From: Candidatus Spongiisociaceae bacterium
GTDB taxonomy: Bacteria > Actinomycetota > Acidimicrobiia > Spongiisociales > Spongiisociaceae
Direction of reading: 5' to 3'
DNA length: 64,000 nucleotides
Assembly: GCA_965219685.1 (NCBI GenBank)
Contig: CBDCOH010000002.1
Location: forward strand, 3,776,001 to 3,840,000
In this document: in pieces, positions 38,687 through 48,176 of the stretch
Layout of the letters: every line of letters begins with the position of its first letter
How positions within the stretch are numbered: the first letter of the stretch is position 1
Position numbers and translations under genes: made by a program
Notes under the pieces: generated by a model
What the model saw: the letters and a program-made list of their open reading frames with translations, nothing else
What the model was told of the DNA's origin: nothing
The model's database searches: none

Positions 38687-41253
38687 CGCTCCAGCGAGAG
38701 GCCCCGGTCGTCGGTGGCGACGGTGACCGTGTCCCCCGCCCTGAACCGTCCGTCGAGCAGTCCGAGTGCCAGCGGATCGAGCAGGGCGGTCTGGAGTAGG
38801 CGCTTCAGCGGCCTGGCGCCGTATGCCGGGTCGTAGCCCTCCGTCGCGAGCCATCGGCCCGCCTCATCGGTCAACTCCAGCTCGATGCCCTGACCGCTGA
38901 CCCGTTCCGCGAGCCTGGCGAACTGGATATCGACGATCTGGCGAAGGTCGTCCTCGGTGAGGCGGGAGAAGACGATTATGTCGTCGATCCGGTTGAGGAA
39001 CTCCGGTCGGAAGTGGTGCCTGACCACTCCCATCACCCGGTTCCGGACTGCTTCCTGCGGCAACTCGGGGGTGATCATCTCGGAGCCCAGGTTCGAGGTC
39101 ATGATGAGTATCGAATTGCTGAAGTCGACCGTCCGACCCTGACCGTCGGTCAGCCTGCCGTCATCGAGTACCTGGAGCAGCGCGCCGAAGACGTCCGCGT
39201 GCGCCTTCTCCACCTCGTCGAGCAGGATCACAGCGTACGGTCGCCTCCGGACAGCCTCGGTGAGTTGGCCGCCCTCGTCGTACCCGACATAGCCGGGGGG
39301 CGCGCCCAGCAGGCGGCTTACCGAGTGCCTCTCCATGTACTCCGACATGTCCAAACGCACCATCGCCCGCTCGTCGTCGAACATGAAGACCGCCAGCGCC
39401 CTGGCCAACTCCGTCTTGCCCACGCCGGTGGGACCCAGGAACAGGAACGAGCCGATCGGGCGGTTGGGGTCAGCCAACCCGGCCCGGCTCCTGCGGATGG
39501 CGCCGGCAACCGCCGCCACTCCGGCATCCTGGCCCACCACCCGCCGGTGCAGGTGGTCCTCGAGGTGGACGAGCTTGGCCATCTCGCTCTCCATCAGGCG
39601 GGAGACGGGGATTCCGGTCCAGCGGCTCACGACCGAGGCGACGTCCTCGTCGATCACCTCCTCGCTGAGCATGGTCATCACGGACTGCAGTTCGGCCAAC
39701 TCCTGCTCCCGGGCCGCCAGCTCGGAATCAAGTCCGGGTAACACCCCGTACTGGAGTTCGGCCGCCCGTTGGAGGTCGCCGGCCCGGGTAGCGCGTTCCG
39801 ACTCGACCCTGGCGTCCTCGATTTTCTGCTTGGTGGTCCGGATCGCCTCGATCTGGTCCTTCTCGTGCTGCCAGTGGGTCGACAGGCGGTCGAGTTCCTC
39901 GGTGACCTCGGCCATCTCCTCGCGGACGGCCGACAGCCGGGCCCTGGCACCCTCGTCGGGTTCGTTCTGCAGAGCATTGGCCTCGATCTCGAGTTGCCGG
40001 AGCCGCCGCGTCAGGGTGTCGATCTCCTCCGGCATCGAATCGATCTCGATGCGCAGGCGCGAGGCTGCCTCGTCCATGAGGTCGATGGCCTTGTCGGGAA
40101 GATGGCGCGCGGTGATGTAGCGGTCGGAGAGCACGGCCGCGGCCATGAGAGCCCCGTCGGTGATGCGCACGCCATGATGTACCTCGTAGCGCTCCTTCAG
40201 CCCGCGCAGGATGCCCACTGTCTCGTCGATGGTCGGCGGTTCCACCATCACGGGCTGGAATCTGCGTTCCAGTGCGGCGTCCTTCTCGATGTGTTTGCGG
40301 TACTCATCAAGGGTGGTGGCGCCGATCATTCTCAACTCTCCTCTGGCGAGAAGGGGTTTGAGCATGTTGGAGGCGTCCATCGAGCCCTCGGCGGCCCCCG
40401 CGCCGACGATGGTGTGCATCTCGTCGATGAAGGTGATGATGCGCCCTTCGGCACCCTTGATGTCGTCGAGGGTCGCCTTCATGCGCTCCTCGAACTCGCC
40501 CCGGTACTTGGTGCCCGCCACCATGGCGCCGAGGTCGAGCGCCACGATGCGCTTGCTCTTCAGGCCTTCGGGCACGTCGCCGTCGAGGATCCGTAGGGCG
40601 AGGCCTTCGGCGATGGCGGTCTTGCCGACCCCCGGTTCGCCGATGAGCACCGGATTGTTCTTGGTGCGACGGCTGAGTACCTGGATCATCCTGCGGATCT
40701 CGTCGTCCCGTCCGATCACCGGATCCAGTTTGCCGTCGGCGGCCAGGGCCACCAGGTCACGGCCGTACTGTTCGAGAGTTCCCTGCGTCGCCTCTGGATT
40801 GTCGGTGGTGATCCGCCGGGCTCCTCGCACCTCGCCCAGGACGTCGACGATGGCCTGCCGGGTGACGCCCTCATCCCGGAGGAGTGCCCCCGCCCGGGTC
40901 CTGGAGGCTGCGATGGCGAGCAGCAGGTGTTCGACGGAGGTGTAGGTGTCGCCACCGGTGTCCATCTCCTTCTGGGCCGCCTCCAGCACCCGGATGGTGT
41001 CGCGCGAGTAACCGGTCTCCCCGGTTCCGAAGACTTTCGGGAGCGATTCGACGAGGCCGGCGGCCTGCCGGCGCAGGGAAGCGGGAACCACTTCGAGCCT
41101 CGCCAGCAGCGGAAGAGTGATGGTGTCGGGCTGTCCGAGCATGGCGAGCAGCAGGTGGGCAGGCTCGACAGACGGGTGGTTACTCGCCTCTGCCAGATCC
41201 CTGGCCGATACCAGTGCCTGCTGTGACTTCTGTGTGAACCTGCTTGCGTCCAT
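38656..41253 (-). CDS. clpB: ATP-dependent chaperone ClpB
   Basis: Two AAA modules GEPGVGKT and GPTGVGKT, M-domain coiled coil, GYVGY, YGARPL. Confidence 0.98.
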   Translation of the reverse strand: MDASRFTQKSQQALVSARDLAEASNHPSVEPAHLLLAMLGQPDTITLPLLARLEVVPASLRRQAAGLVESLPKVFGTGETGYSRDTIRVLEAAQKEMDTGGDTYTSVEHLLLAIAASRTRAGALLRDEGVTRQAIVDVLGEVRGARRITTDNPEATQGTLEQYGRDLVALAADGKLDPVIGRDDEIRRMIQVLSRRTKNNPVLIGEPGVGKTAIAEGLALRILDGDVPEGLKSKRIVALDLGAMVAGTKYRGEFEERMKATLDDIKGAEGRIITFIDEMHTIVGAGAAEGSMDASNMLKPLLARGELRMIGATTLDEYRKHIEKDAALERRFQPVMVEPPTIDETVGILRGLKERYEVHHGVRITDGALMAAAVLSDRYITARHLPDKAIDLMDEAASRLRIEIDSMPEEIDTLTRRLRQLEIEANALQNEPDEGARARLSAVREEMAEVTEELDRLSTHWQHEKDQIEAIRTTKQKIEDARVESERATRAGDLQRAAELQYGVLPGLDSELAAREQELAELQSVMTMLSEEVIDEDVASVVSRWTGIPVSRLMESEMAKLVHLEDHLHRRVVGQDAGVAAVAGAIRRSRAGLADPNRPIGSFLFLGPTGVGKTELARALAVFMFDDERAMVRLDMSEYMERHSVSRLLGAPPGYVGYDEGGQLTEAVRRRPYAVILLDEVEKAHADVFGALLQVLDDGRLTDGQGRTVDFSNSILIMTSNLGSEMITPELPQEAVRNRVMGVVRHHFRPEFLNRIDDIIVFSRLTEDDLRQIVDIQFARLAERVSGQGIELELTDEAGRWLATEGYDPAYGARPLKRLLQTALLDPLALGLLDGRFRAGDTVTVATDDRGLSLERGQWPVASGQ

Positions 41254-41271
41254 CCGCTGCCTGTCTCCTCC

Positions 41272-41292
41272 TGGTGGTTGGTGGTCGGTAGG
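41272..41292. repeat. Short heptamer array upstream of the clpB RBS
   Basis: TGGTGGT TGGTGGT CGGTAGG (C/A-rich on the clpB sense strand). Confidence 0.55.
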
Positions 41293-41388
41293 GACTCACC
41301 TGCCCGTTCCACCCGCTGCCGTGTTCTCCGGATCCCGTTCTTTCCCTACTTGTTCAAACACCGATCACCAGTCAATTATGCCATAAAA

Positions 41389-41409
41389 TCTGAGTCGCTA
41401 TCTATCAAG
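41389..41409 (-). promoter_or_regulatory. HAIR-like HspR operator upstream of clpB
   Basis: Minus strand CTTGATA-N7-ACTCAGA versus consensus CTTGAGT-N7-ACTCAAG; CATAAT -10 lies downstream. Confidence 0.6.
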
Positions 41410-41515
41410 TTTTCGCATCCAGTACTCGTTGCAGGGAAGGCATATGCACTCCTCGGACGATGTCTCCGAGTAGCGTTGCGGAGGGGCTCGGCCGGGCAGG
41501 AGAGGGAGGTCGTCG

Positions 41516-41710
41516 TTGAATTGTTCCTGGTGCGCCGCACCGCTCGCTTACGTCCATGGCCACGGAGCCTGCCTCGACGGGGGCTGTCCGATGTTCGGGC
41601 TCAACCAGGCTGAGTGTTGCGATGGGGAGACCGCCGTAGCGACGGGCGACGGGCGACGGGTGCACCGACGCCTCCTAGAATGCGGTCACTATGAGTTGGA
41701 CCTTCGATAA
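41516..41710 (+). CDS. Small Cys/His-rich putative metal-binding protein
   Basis: GGGAGG RBS before TTG; CSWC..HGH..C-x4-C..CC. Confidence 0.55.
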   Translation: MNCSWCAAPLAYVHGHGACLDGGCPMFGLNQAECCDGETAVATGDGRRVHRRLLECGHYELDLR

Positions 41711-42308
41711 CGGCACCATCCTCACCAAGGCGGCCTTGGTAGGCGAGTACGACAACAATGCCTTCGTGGTGGCTTGCGCGCAGACGGGAAGGGCCGTGGT
41801 GATCGATGCCGCCGCCGAACCCGACCGCGTCCTCGAGTTGACCGACGGTGTGGAGGTCGAGGCCTTGCTCACCACCCATGGGCACTACGACCATCTGAGG
41901 GCCGTAGCCCCGGTGGTGGACGCCCTAGGCGTGCCCTTCCTGCTTCATCCGGCCGACTACGAGTTGGCGGCGCGAACCACTTCGGTCACACCGACCGCTC
42001 TGGCGGACGGGGACGTGATCACCCTGGGGGAGACGAGCCTCCTGACCATGCACACGCCGGGTCACACGCCCGGTTCGGTGTGCTTCCTCAGCCCCGGAGT
42101 GCTCTTCTCGGGGGACACGCTGTTCCCCGGTGGTCCCGGCGCCACCCAGTATGAAGGCGGCGACTTCGACACCATCATCAAGAGCATCAAGCAGCGACTC
42201 TTCACCCTCGATGACGCTACCGAGGTGTACCCGGGGCACGGCCCGAATGCCACTACGATCGGGAAGGAACGCCCCGAATTGCCCGAGTGGATCGCCCGAG
42301 GCTGGTAG
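41691..42308 (+). CDS. MBL-fold metallo-hydrolase (glyoxalase II-like)
   Basis: THGHYDH, TPGHTPGS, SGDTLF, YPGHG. Confidence 0.92.
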   Translation: MSWTFDNGTILTKAALVGEYDNNAFVVACAQTGRAVVIDAAAEPDRVLELTDGVEVEALLTTHGHYDHLRAVAPVVDALGVPFLLHPADYELAARTTSVTPTALADGDVITLGETSLLTMHTPGHTPGSVCFLSPGVLFSGDTLFPGGPGATQYEGGDFDTIIKSIKQRLFTLDDATEVYPGHGPNATTIGKERPELPEWIARGW

Positions 42309-42466
42309 GGGGCAGGGCGCTACACTGGCTCCAATTCCGTTCCGGAGACGCGCGACCTGTTCCCAGGCGGGTGAATTCCGGCGGCGGATCGACAGAAACG
42401 ATTTGCTCTCCGGCTACGGCCGGGAGGTGTCCCCCAACCTCGATGGTGGGGAGAAACGGAGCAGCC

Positions 42467-43390
42467 ATGTCGAACTCGACGTCGAACCACTCCCGCGGCG
42501 CTGCCCGCAAGAAGGTCACCGCGCCCTCGGTCCAGGCCCGCAAGGGCGGGAAGAAGCTCACCATGGTGACCGCCTACGACTTTCCCGGTGGCAAGGTCGC
42601 CGACCGAGCCGGGGCCGACATGATCCTGGTTGGAGACTCGGTCGCCAACGTGGTCCTCGGATACGAGACCACCAACGAGGTGACCCTGAACGACATGATC
42701 CACCACACGGCGGCGGTCGCCCGCTCGCGGCCGAGAGCGCTGCTCATCGGCGACATGCCCTGGATGAGCTTCCACGTCAACCCGGACGAGACCCTGCACA
42801 ACGCCGCCCGCCTGGTACGGGAAGGAGGCGCCGAGGCGGTCAAGCTGGAGGGGGGGGCAGAGCGGGTGGAGATGATCCGCAAGATCCGCTCCGCCGAGAT
42901 CCCGGTGATGGGACACATCGGCCTGACCCCCCAGTCCGTCCACTCGATGGGCGGCTACCGGGTCATGGGTAGGGGGCTGGACGATGCTCGGAGGTTGGTC
43001 AGCGACGCGAGGGCGCTCGACGCGGCCGGGGTGTTCGCTCTGGTGCTCGAAGGTGTTCCCGTCACCCTCGCCCAGGTCATCACCGAGGAGGTGTCGACAC
43101 CGACCATCGGCATCGGCGCCGGACCCCACACTGATGGTCAGGTGCTGGTCATGCATGACCTTCTCGGTCTCAACTTCGGTCACTACCCGAAGTTCGTCAG
43201 GCGCTATGCGGATCTGGCGGAAGAGGCGACCGGAGCGATCACGGAGTGGATCTCCGACGTCCGGACCGGTGGGTTCCCGACCGACGCGGAGTCCTACCAC
43301 ATGATCCAGGCGTCCGCCGAGCAACTGCTGGCGGAACATCGGGAGCGGCGCCCGAAGGCTGAGGGCCCGGAGCTACGCGCCATTCCCTGA
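42467..43390 (+). CDS. panB: 3-methyl-2-oxobutanoate hydroxymethyltransferase
   Basis: MVTAYD, LVGDS, AVKLEGG, GHIGLTPQ, IGIGAG..DGQVLV; ATG 42467 with GGAG RBS. Confidence 0.96.
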   Translation: MSNSTSNHSRGAARKKVTAPSVQARKGGKKLTMVTAYDFPGGKVADRAGADMILVGDSVANVVLGYETTNEVTLNDMIHHTAAVARSRPRALLIGDMPWMSFHVNPDETLHNAARLVREGGAEAVKLEGGAERVEMIRKIRSAEIPVMGHIGLTPQSVHSMGGYRVMGRGLDDARRLVSDARALDAAGVFALVLEGVPVTLAQVITEEVSTPTIGIGAGPHTDGQVLVMHDLLGLNFGHYPKFVRRYADLAEEATGAITEWISDVRTGGFPTDAESYHMIQASAEQLLAEHRERRPKAEGPELRAIP

Positions 43391-43422
43391 ACGAGTTCCC
43401 CGGCGCCCGACCCGTTGACCGG

Positions 43423-44505
43423 TCAGCCGTCCCGCGCCGCGTACCACGGCTCTATCACTCCGGTGACGATCTCGCGGCGCTCGTCCGCGGGCAGGAAGGC
43501 TCCTTCGATCGCGTTGACGGTCAGCTGTCGCAGTTCGTCCCATGACCACCCGAAGGCGGAGCGGCAGCGGTCCAGTTCTCTGGTGAGGAAGGTGCCGCTC
43601 ATCAGCCGGTTGTCCGTGTTCACCGTGACCCGGAAGCCGAGATCGAGGAGGCGTCCGACCGGATGGGTGGAGATTGAGCCGACCGCCCCGATATGCACGT
43701 TCGAGGTCGGGCACTGCTCGAGAGGCATCGCCTCGTCGCGTACGTAACGGGCGAGAGGCCCCAGGCTCCCGTCCTGCTCCATGTCGTCGACGATGCGGAT
43801 TCCGTGGCCGATACGGTCGGCCCCGCATGTATGGACGGCATCCCTGATGGATGCGAGACCGCAGGCCTCGCCGGCGTGGATAGTGAAGGGAAGCCGTGCC
43901 CGGCGCAGCAGTCGGAAGGCGGCGAGGTGCTGCGATGGCGGGTATCCGGCTTCCGCTCCGGCGATGTCGAAACCGACCACTCCCTGATCCCGGTTCCGGA
44001 TAGCAGCTCCGGCGGCATCCAGGCTCCGGGCACCGGTGCGCATGGCCGTCACGAGCGTGCCGACGCGGATGCCTCGTCCCTCACTGCCGTCGCGGAAGCC
44101 GGCAGTAACGGCCTCTACGGCCTGGTCAAGCGAGAGCCCTCCGGCTAGGTGCAGTTCCGGAGCGAAGCGCACTTCGGCGTAGACCACACCGTCATCCGCG
44201 AGATCCTCGGCGCACTCGGCCGCCACCCGGTACAGGGCTCGACCGGTCTGCATGACGCCGAAGGTGTGACGGAACATCTCCAGGTAAAGCTCGAGACTGC
44301 GCCGCCGGGCCCCGGCGCGCAGGTGGGCCGCCAGTGCCTCGGGGTCGTGGGTCGGCAGGTCCGTGTAGCCGGTCGTCTCGGCGAGTTCCACGATCGTGGA
44401 CGGGCGCAGCCCGCCGTCGAGATGGTCGTGGAGCAGCACCTTGGGCGCCCCGCGAAGGCTTGCCGCGGTGGGTAGCGTTCCTCGGCCGGTATCCGGAGCG
44501 GCCAC
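43423..44505 (-). CDS. add: Adenosine deaminase
   Basis: PKVLLHDHLDGGLRP, YAEVRFAP, GFDIAG, TIHAGE, RIGHG, CPTSN, VNTDN; start GTG 44505 after TAGGCT. Confidence 0.94.
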   Translation of the reverse strand: MAAPDTGRGTLPTAASLRGAPKVLLHDHLDGGLRPSTIVELAETTGYTDLPTHDPEALAAHLRAGARRRSLELYLEMFRHTFGVMQTGRALYRVAAECAEDLADDGVVYAEVRFAPELHLAGGLSLDQAVEAVTAGFRDGSEGRGIRVGTLVTAMRTGARSLDAAGAAIRNRDQGVVGFDIAGAEAGYPPSQHLAAFRLLRRARLPFTIHAGEACGLASIRDAVHTCGADRIGHGIRIVDDMEQDGSLGPLARYVRDEAMPLEQCPTSNVHIGAVGSISTHPVGRLLDLGFRVTVNTDNRLMSGTFLTRELDRCRSAFGWSWDELRQLTVNAIEGAFLPADERREIVTGVIEPWYAARDG

Positions 44506-44736
44506 CTGGCGTAGCCTAACCGCGGCCGTGCACGGGCTTCGTCGAGCGATGCCACGGAGTCTTCGGCGGATGGGCTTCGAGCTGAACCCGGAGAGAGGCA
44601 GATCCACTGGCGGGTCGACCTGGCCGGAGAATTGTCGGCCTCGGGCTGGGAACCCTTGGCAGCTCAGCGAACCGCGCAGGGACCCGACCAGCGACTGTTC
44701 GGGAACGTCCACCGCGCCACCAAGGGGCCACACCCA

Positions 44737-44947
44737 CCGAGAACGCGAAAAACGGCCGACCGAAGCCCTGTCGAGGGCCCACCCCCACCGCCACCTCCCC
44801 GGCTTCGAGACGCGTCTCCCTCTCCCCTGAGAGGTGCGACGGCGACAACATGATCCCGGCCATCCGTTCGACGTCGGAAACGAACGGGCGGTGCTTGCGG
44901 CTACCCACAAAGTGTGCAGAAGGCCTGTGACACCGTCAACCCCCTTG
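44737..44947 (-). ncRNA. Candidate structured small RNA gene, copy B
   Basis: TTGACG(44939-44934)-17-CACACT(44916-44911). Shares CCGCAAGCACC, GGAGGTGGCGGT and an identical CGTTTTTCGCGTTCTCGG with copy A. Confidence 0.6.
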
Positions 44948-44983
44948 CGGGTCCCGGAACGCAACGGAGCAGAACTAGCGTCG

Positions 44984-45853
44984 CTAGGACGCAGGGGGCG
45001 GAACGCGGGCCGCGAAATGCTCGGCGATCTCACGGCGGGTGGCTACCCACACGCCGCCTCTGGTCCGTACATGTTCGAGGAAGCGGTGGAGCGCCCCGAT
45101 CCTTCCCGGGCGGCCTATCACGCGTAGGTGCAGACCCAATGACATCATCCGTGGTCGATCGGTCCCTTCCGCATGCAGGCACTCGAAGGTGTCGATGGCG
45201 TAGTCCAGCCACTGGTGAGGCGTATAGGAGGGTTCCGCCCACATCTTCATGTCGTTGGTGTCGAGCGCGTAGGGCATGATCACCAGAGGCCGTCCGTCGA
45301 CCAACTCCCAGAACGGTTCGTCCCTCGAGTAGTCGTCCATGTGGTACAGGAACCCCTCCTCGGCAAGGATCCGCCGGGTGTTGTCGCTGACCAGGTACCG
45401 GGACAGGTGGCCTAAGGGGCGGTTGCCCGTTGTGCGGGTGATCGAGCGCACCGCGCTGCGGATGAACTCCCGCTCCTGCGACTCATCCATGCGGAACTGG
45501 TGAGACCAGCGGTAGCCGTGGCTGGCTGCTTCGTCACCGCGTCCCGCGATGAACCGGGCGATCTCCGGCGCCCGCTCCAAGGCCAGGGCGGCGGCCGTCC
45601 AGGTGGCTGGGACTGCGTGCTCGTCCAGCGCCTGGGCCACCCGCCGGAACCCTTCCTGCAATCCGTAGCGGTAGTTGCTCTCGTTGGCCCGGTTGCGAAT
45701 CGGTCTCTTGAGCACGATGCCCATCTCGTCAACCGGTTCCGGGCCCCTGTCGCCGTCCAGCACCGACATCTCCGCGCCCTCTTCCACGTTGACGACCACA
45801 GAGAGCGCCAGCGAAGCTCCTTGCGGCCAGCGGTAGGTGGCATGGGCACTCAT
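44984..45853 (-). CDS. Polysaccharide deacetylase family protein (PuuE-like)
   Basis: LSVVVNVEEG, SHGYRW, PYALDTNDM, MMSLGLHLRVIGRPGR. Confidence 0.88.
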   Translation of the reverse strand: MSAHATYRWPQGASLALSVVVNVEEGAEMSVLDGDRGPEPVDEMGIVLKRPIRNRANESNYRYGLQEGFRRVAQALDEHAVPATWTAAALALERAPEIARFIAGRGDEAASHGYRWSHQFRMDESQEREFIRSAVRSITRTTGNRPLGHLSRYLVSDNTRRILAEEGFLYHMDDYSRDEPFWELVDGRPLVIMPYALDTNDMKMWAEPSYTPHQWLDYAIDTFECLHAEGTDRPRMMSLGLHLRVIGRPGRIGALHRFLEHVRTRGGVWVATRREIAEHFAARVPPPAS

Positions 45854-45882
45854 CGATGGTGGAGGTTATATAGCCTGGGGGC

Positions 45883-46665
45883 GTGGATGAGCGCTTGTAC
45901 GTATCCAGATCCGGAGACGTTGCTACTCTCGTGATCAACCGTCCCCGGAAGAAGAACTCCATCACGGACGCCATGTGGGGGCAGATTCCGGACTTGGTGG
46001 CGGGAATCGATGCCGATCCACAGGCGAAGGTGCTGGTGATCCGCGGTTCGACAGGAGGTGCCTTCTGCGCGGGCGCCGATGTCAACGAGTACCGGCGGCA
46101 CATCGGCGACCCGGAGCGGGGCGATCGCAGCCGGGAACTGGTAGCGCGGGCTCTGGTCGCGGTGAAGGAGATGGCGAAGCCTGCGATCAGCGCCATCAGC
46201 GGGGCGTGTTTCGGGGGCGGCGTAGCTCTCGCCCTCGCCTCGGACTTCAGGCTGGCTGACACGACTGCCTACTTCTCGGTCTCTCCCGCTCGAATGGGGA
46301 TGGTCTATACCTTCCCCGGTACGGTGGAACTCGTGCGGGTGGTCGGTGCACCGGTGGCTAAGCGACTTCTGTACACAGGGGAGGTCTTCGACGCCACCGA
46401 AGCAGAGCGCATCGGTCTGCTCGACCGCCTGGTCTCACCGGAGCATCTCGATCACGAGGTCGATGAACTGTCCGCCAAGATCGCTTCTGTCTCCCAGTTC
46501 TCGGTGCGAGCAACCAAGCGGATCATCCACCTCATCGAAGACGGACTCACCGAGGAGAACGAGGAGACCGTGGGTCTGGCGGTCCGGGCCTTGGAGGGAG
46601 AAGACCACCTGGAGGGAATGACCGCGTTCTTCGAGCGACGCTCCCCGCAATTCCGTTACCGTTGA
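45883..46665 (+). CDS. Enoyl-CoA hydratase/isomerase family protein
   Basis: INRPRKKNSI, AFCAGAD, KPAISAISGACFGGG, ASDFR. Confidence 0.92.
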   Translation: MDERLYVSRSGDVATLVINRPRKKNSITDAMWGQIPDLVAGIDADPQAKVLVIRGSTGGAFCAGADVNEYRRHIGDPERGDRSRELVARALVAVKEMAKPAISAISGACFGGGVALALASDFRLADTTAYFSVSPARMGMVYTFPGTVELVRVVGAPVAKRLLYTGEVFDATEAERIGLLDRLVSPEHLDHEVDELSAKIASVSQFSVRATKRIIHLIEDGLTEENEETVGLAVRALEGEDHLEGMTAFFERRSPQFRYR

Positions 46666-46858
46666 TCCGGCGGAAGCCTTCCCGGATCGGGTCGAGGATC
46701 GATGCACGCGGTGCCCGGTTCCGGTCGACTCCGGAACCGACCGACAGTGCTAACGGGCTTGGGCTACCCCTTGTTCCTACCGGCTGGGTCCTTGTCGCGG
46801 TCGGGCCTCGTGTCCGTCGCCGGTGCGCAGGACTGCCAGGTTCTCGCCTTCGAGCCAT

Positions 46859-46893
46859 CAACTACCAACTATAAACTATCAACTACCAACTAT
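46859..46893. repeat. Heptamer array (CAACTAY x5) downstream of the amidase
   Basis: CAACTAC CAACTAT AAACTAT CAACTAC CAACTAT. Confidence 0.85.
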
Positions 46894-46898
46894 TCATC

Positions 46899-48176
46899 CT
46901 AGGACGCCAAGCGTTTGCTTGCCTCCCGTGCTGTCCGGAGGAGGAACCCATCCGCTCCTGGACGGCCCACGAGCTGCAGCCCCACGGGTCCTCCGGCGAC
47001 GGTCAAGACGGGAATCGAGACGGCGCAACTTCCGGCTGCGCTCGCGAAGGCGGTCATCTCCGGCAGTCCATCGGGTACTGGCTCGCCGACCCGTAGCGGT
47101 GGCTGTGGAGTGGTGGGCAGGGCGAGGAGGTGGCGGGTCGAAGCGGTCAACTCGGCCACGCGCCGGCGAACCCCGTCCAGGATTCGATGGGCGCGGGCGA
47201 GTTTCCACGCCGGGGCGACCTCGGCGTACTGCAGCAGCGAGCGAAGCTCCGGCGAGAAACCGTGCAGGGCCTGTTCTAGAGCCTGGCGGTGGAACAGGTA
47301 TGCCTCCGCCTCGACAGCGAGGAGGCCTGCCATGCGCACCCGGGCCGGGTCGAGACCCAGCCGAACCTGTTCCGTCCGCCACCCGAGTCCGGCGATCGCC
47401 TCCCGGAAAGCCTCCTGTATCTCGGGTGACGTTCGTTGCACGATATCGATCGGGATGAGCAGATGCGGCCGTCGGGCGTCGGCAGGCGAGGGACCCAGGA
47501 ACCCGCAGGCCTGCGCCGCGATCACCAGATCGTCCGCTTTCGGGGCCAGCAGCCCGACCGTGTCCAGACGGGCCGAGAGAGGTAGCAGTCCCCCGGTCGG
47601 GATCAGGTCCGGAGAGGGTTTCCATCCGGCGACCCCGCACCAGGCGGCCGGAATACGCACCGATCCCAATGTGTCCGAGCCGAGGGCCAAGGACGCCATA
47701 CCCGCCGCCACCGACGCCGCCGAGCCCCCGCTCGACCCGCCGGCGTGGTGGTCGGGGAGTCCGGGGTTGCGGCACACCCCGAACCAGGGGTTGGCGGTCA
47801 CCGCCCCGACGGCTGCCTCCGCCAGGTTGGTGGTTCCCATGATGACCGCTCCGCTCGCTCGGAGAGCCGCCACGGCCGCGGCGTCCTGCGCTGCCCTGAC
47901 GTTCGCTCTGGCGCCGATCCCCCCGGACCACGCCGATCCCTTCACCGCCAGGTTGGCTTTGACCGCTGCCGGTATGCCCTCCAGAGGACTCCTGGGCCGG
48001 CCGTTCCGCCTCCGGCGATCCGACTCGCGCGCTTGGACCAGTGCCCCGTCGCGGTCCACTTCGAGGAAGCACCGCAAGTCAGCATCCCGGTCGGCGATCT
48101 CGGCCAGGCAGGACTCGACCAGTTCCGTGGCTGTGATCTGGCCCGCGTCCAGCAGACCTGCTTGTTCAGCGATCAC
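46899..48176 (-). CDS. Amidase signature family protein
   Basis: GIPAAVK, GGSSGGS, GSDTLGSVRIPA, PVGLQLVG; GTG 48176 overlaps upstream TGA. Confidence 0.9.
   Translation of the reverse strand: MIAEQAGLLDAGQITATELVESCLAEIADRDADLRCFLEVDRDGALVQARESDRRRRNGRPRSPLEGIPAAVKANLAVKGSAWSGGIGARANVRAAQDAAAVAALRASGAVIMGTTNLAEAAVGAVTANPWFGVCRNPGLPDHHAGGSSGGSAASVAAGMASLALGSDTLGSVRIPAAWCGVAGWKPSPDLIPTGGLLPLSARLDTVGLLAPKADDLVIAAQACGFLGPSPADARRPHLLIPIDIVQRTSPEIQEAFREAIAGLGWRTEQVRLGLDPARVRMAGLLAVEAEAYLFHRQALEQALHGFSPELRSLLQYAEVAPAWKLARAHRILDGVRRRVAELTASTRHLLALPTTPQPPLRVGEPVPDGLPEMTAFASAAGSCAVSIPVLTVAGGPVGLQLVGRPGADGFLLRTAREASKRLAS

Noticed and set aside
44506-45033. 176-aa N-terminal extension of adenosine deaminase in the ORF track
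   Set aside because: It runs through the candidate RNA gene and its terminator and overlaps the upstream CDS; homology begins near 44505.
46664-46858. Hairpins after the enoyl-CoA hydratase (GATCCGG/CCGGATC; CGGTTCCGG/CCGGAACCG)
   Set aside because: Adequately explained as terminators between convergent genes; no promoter or second copy seen.
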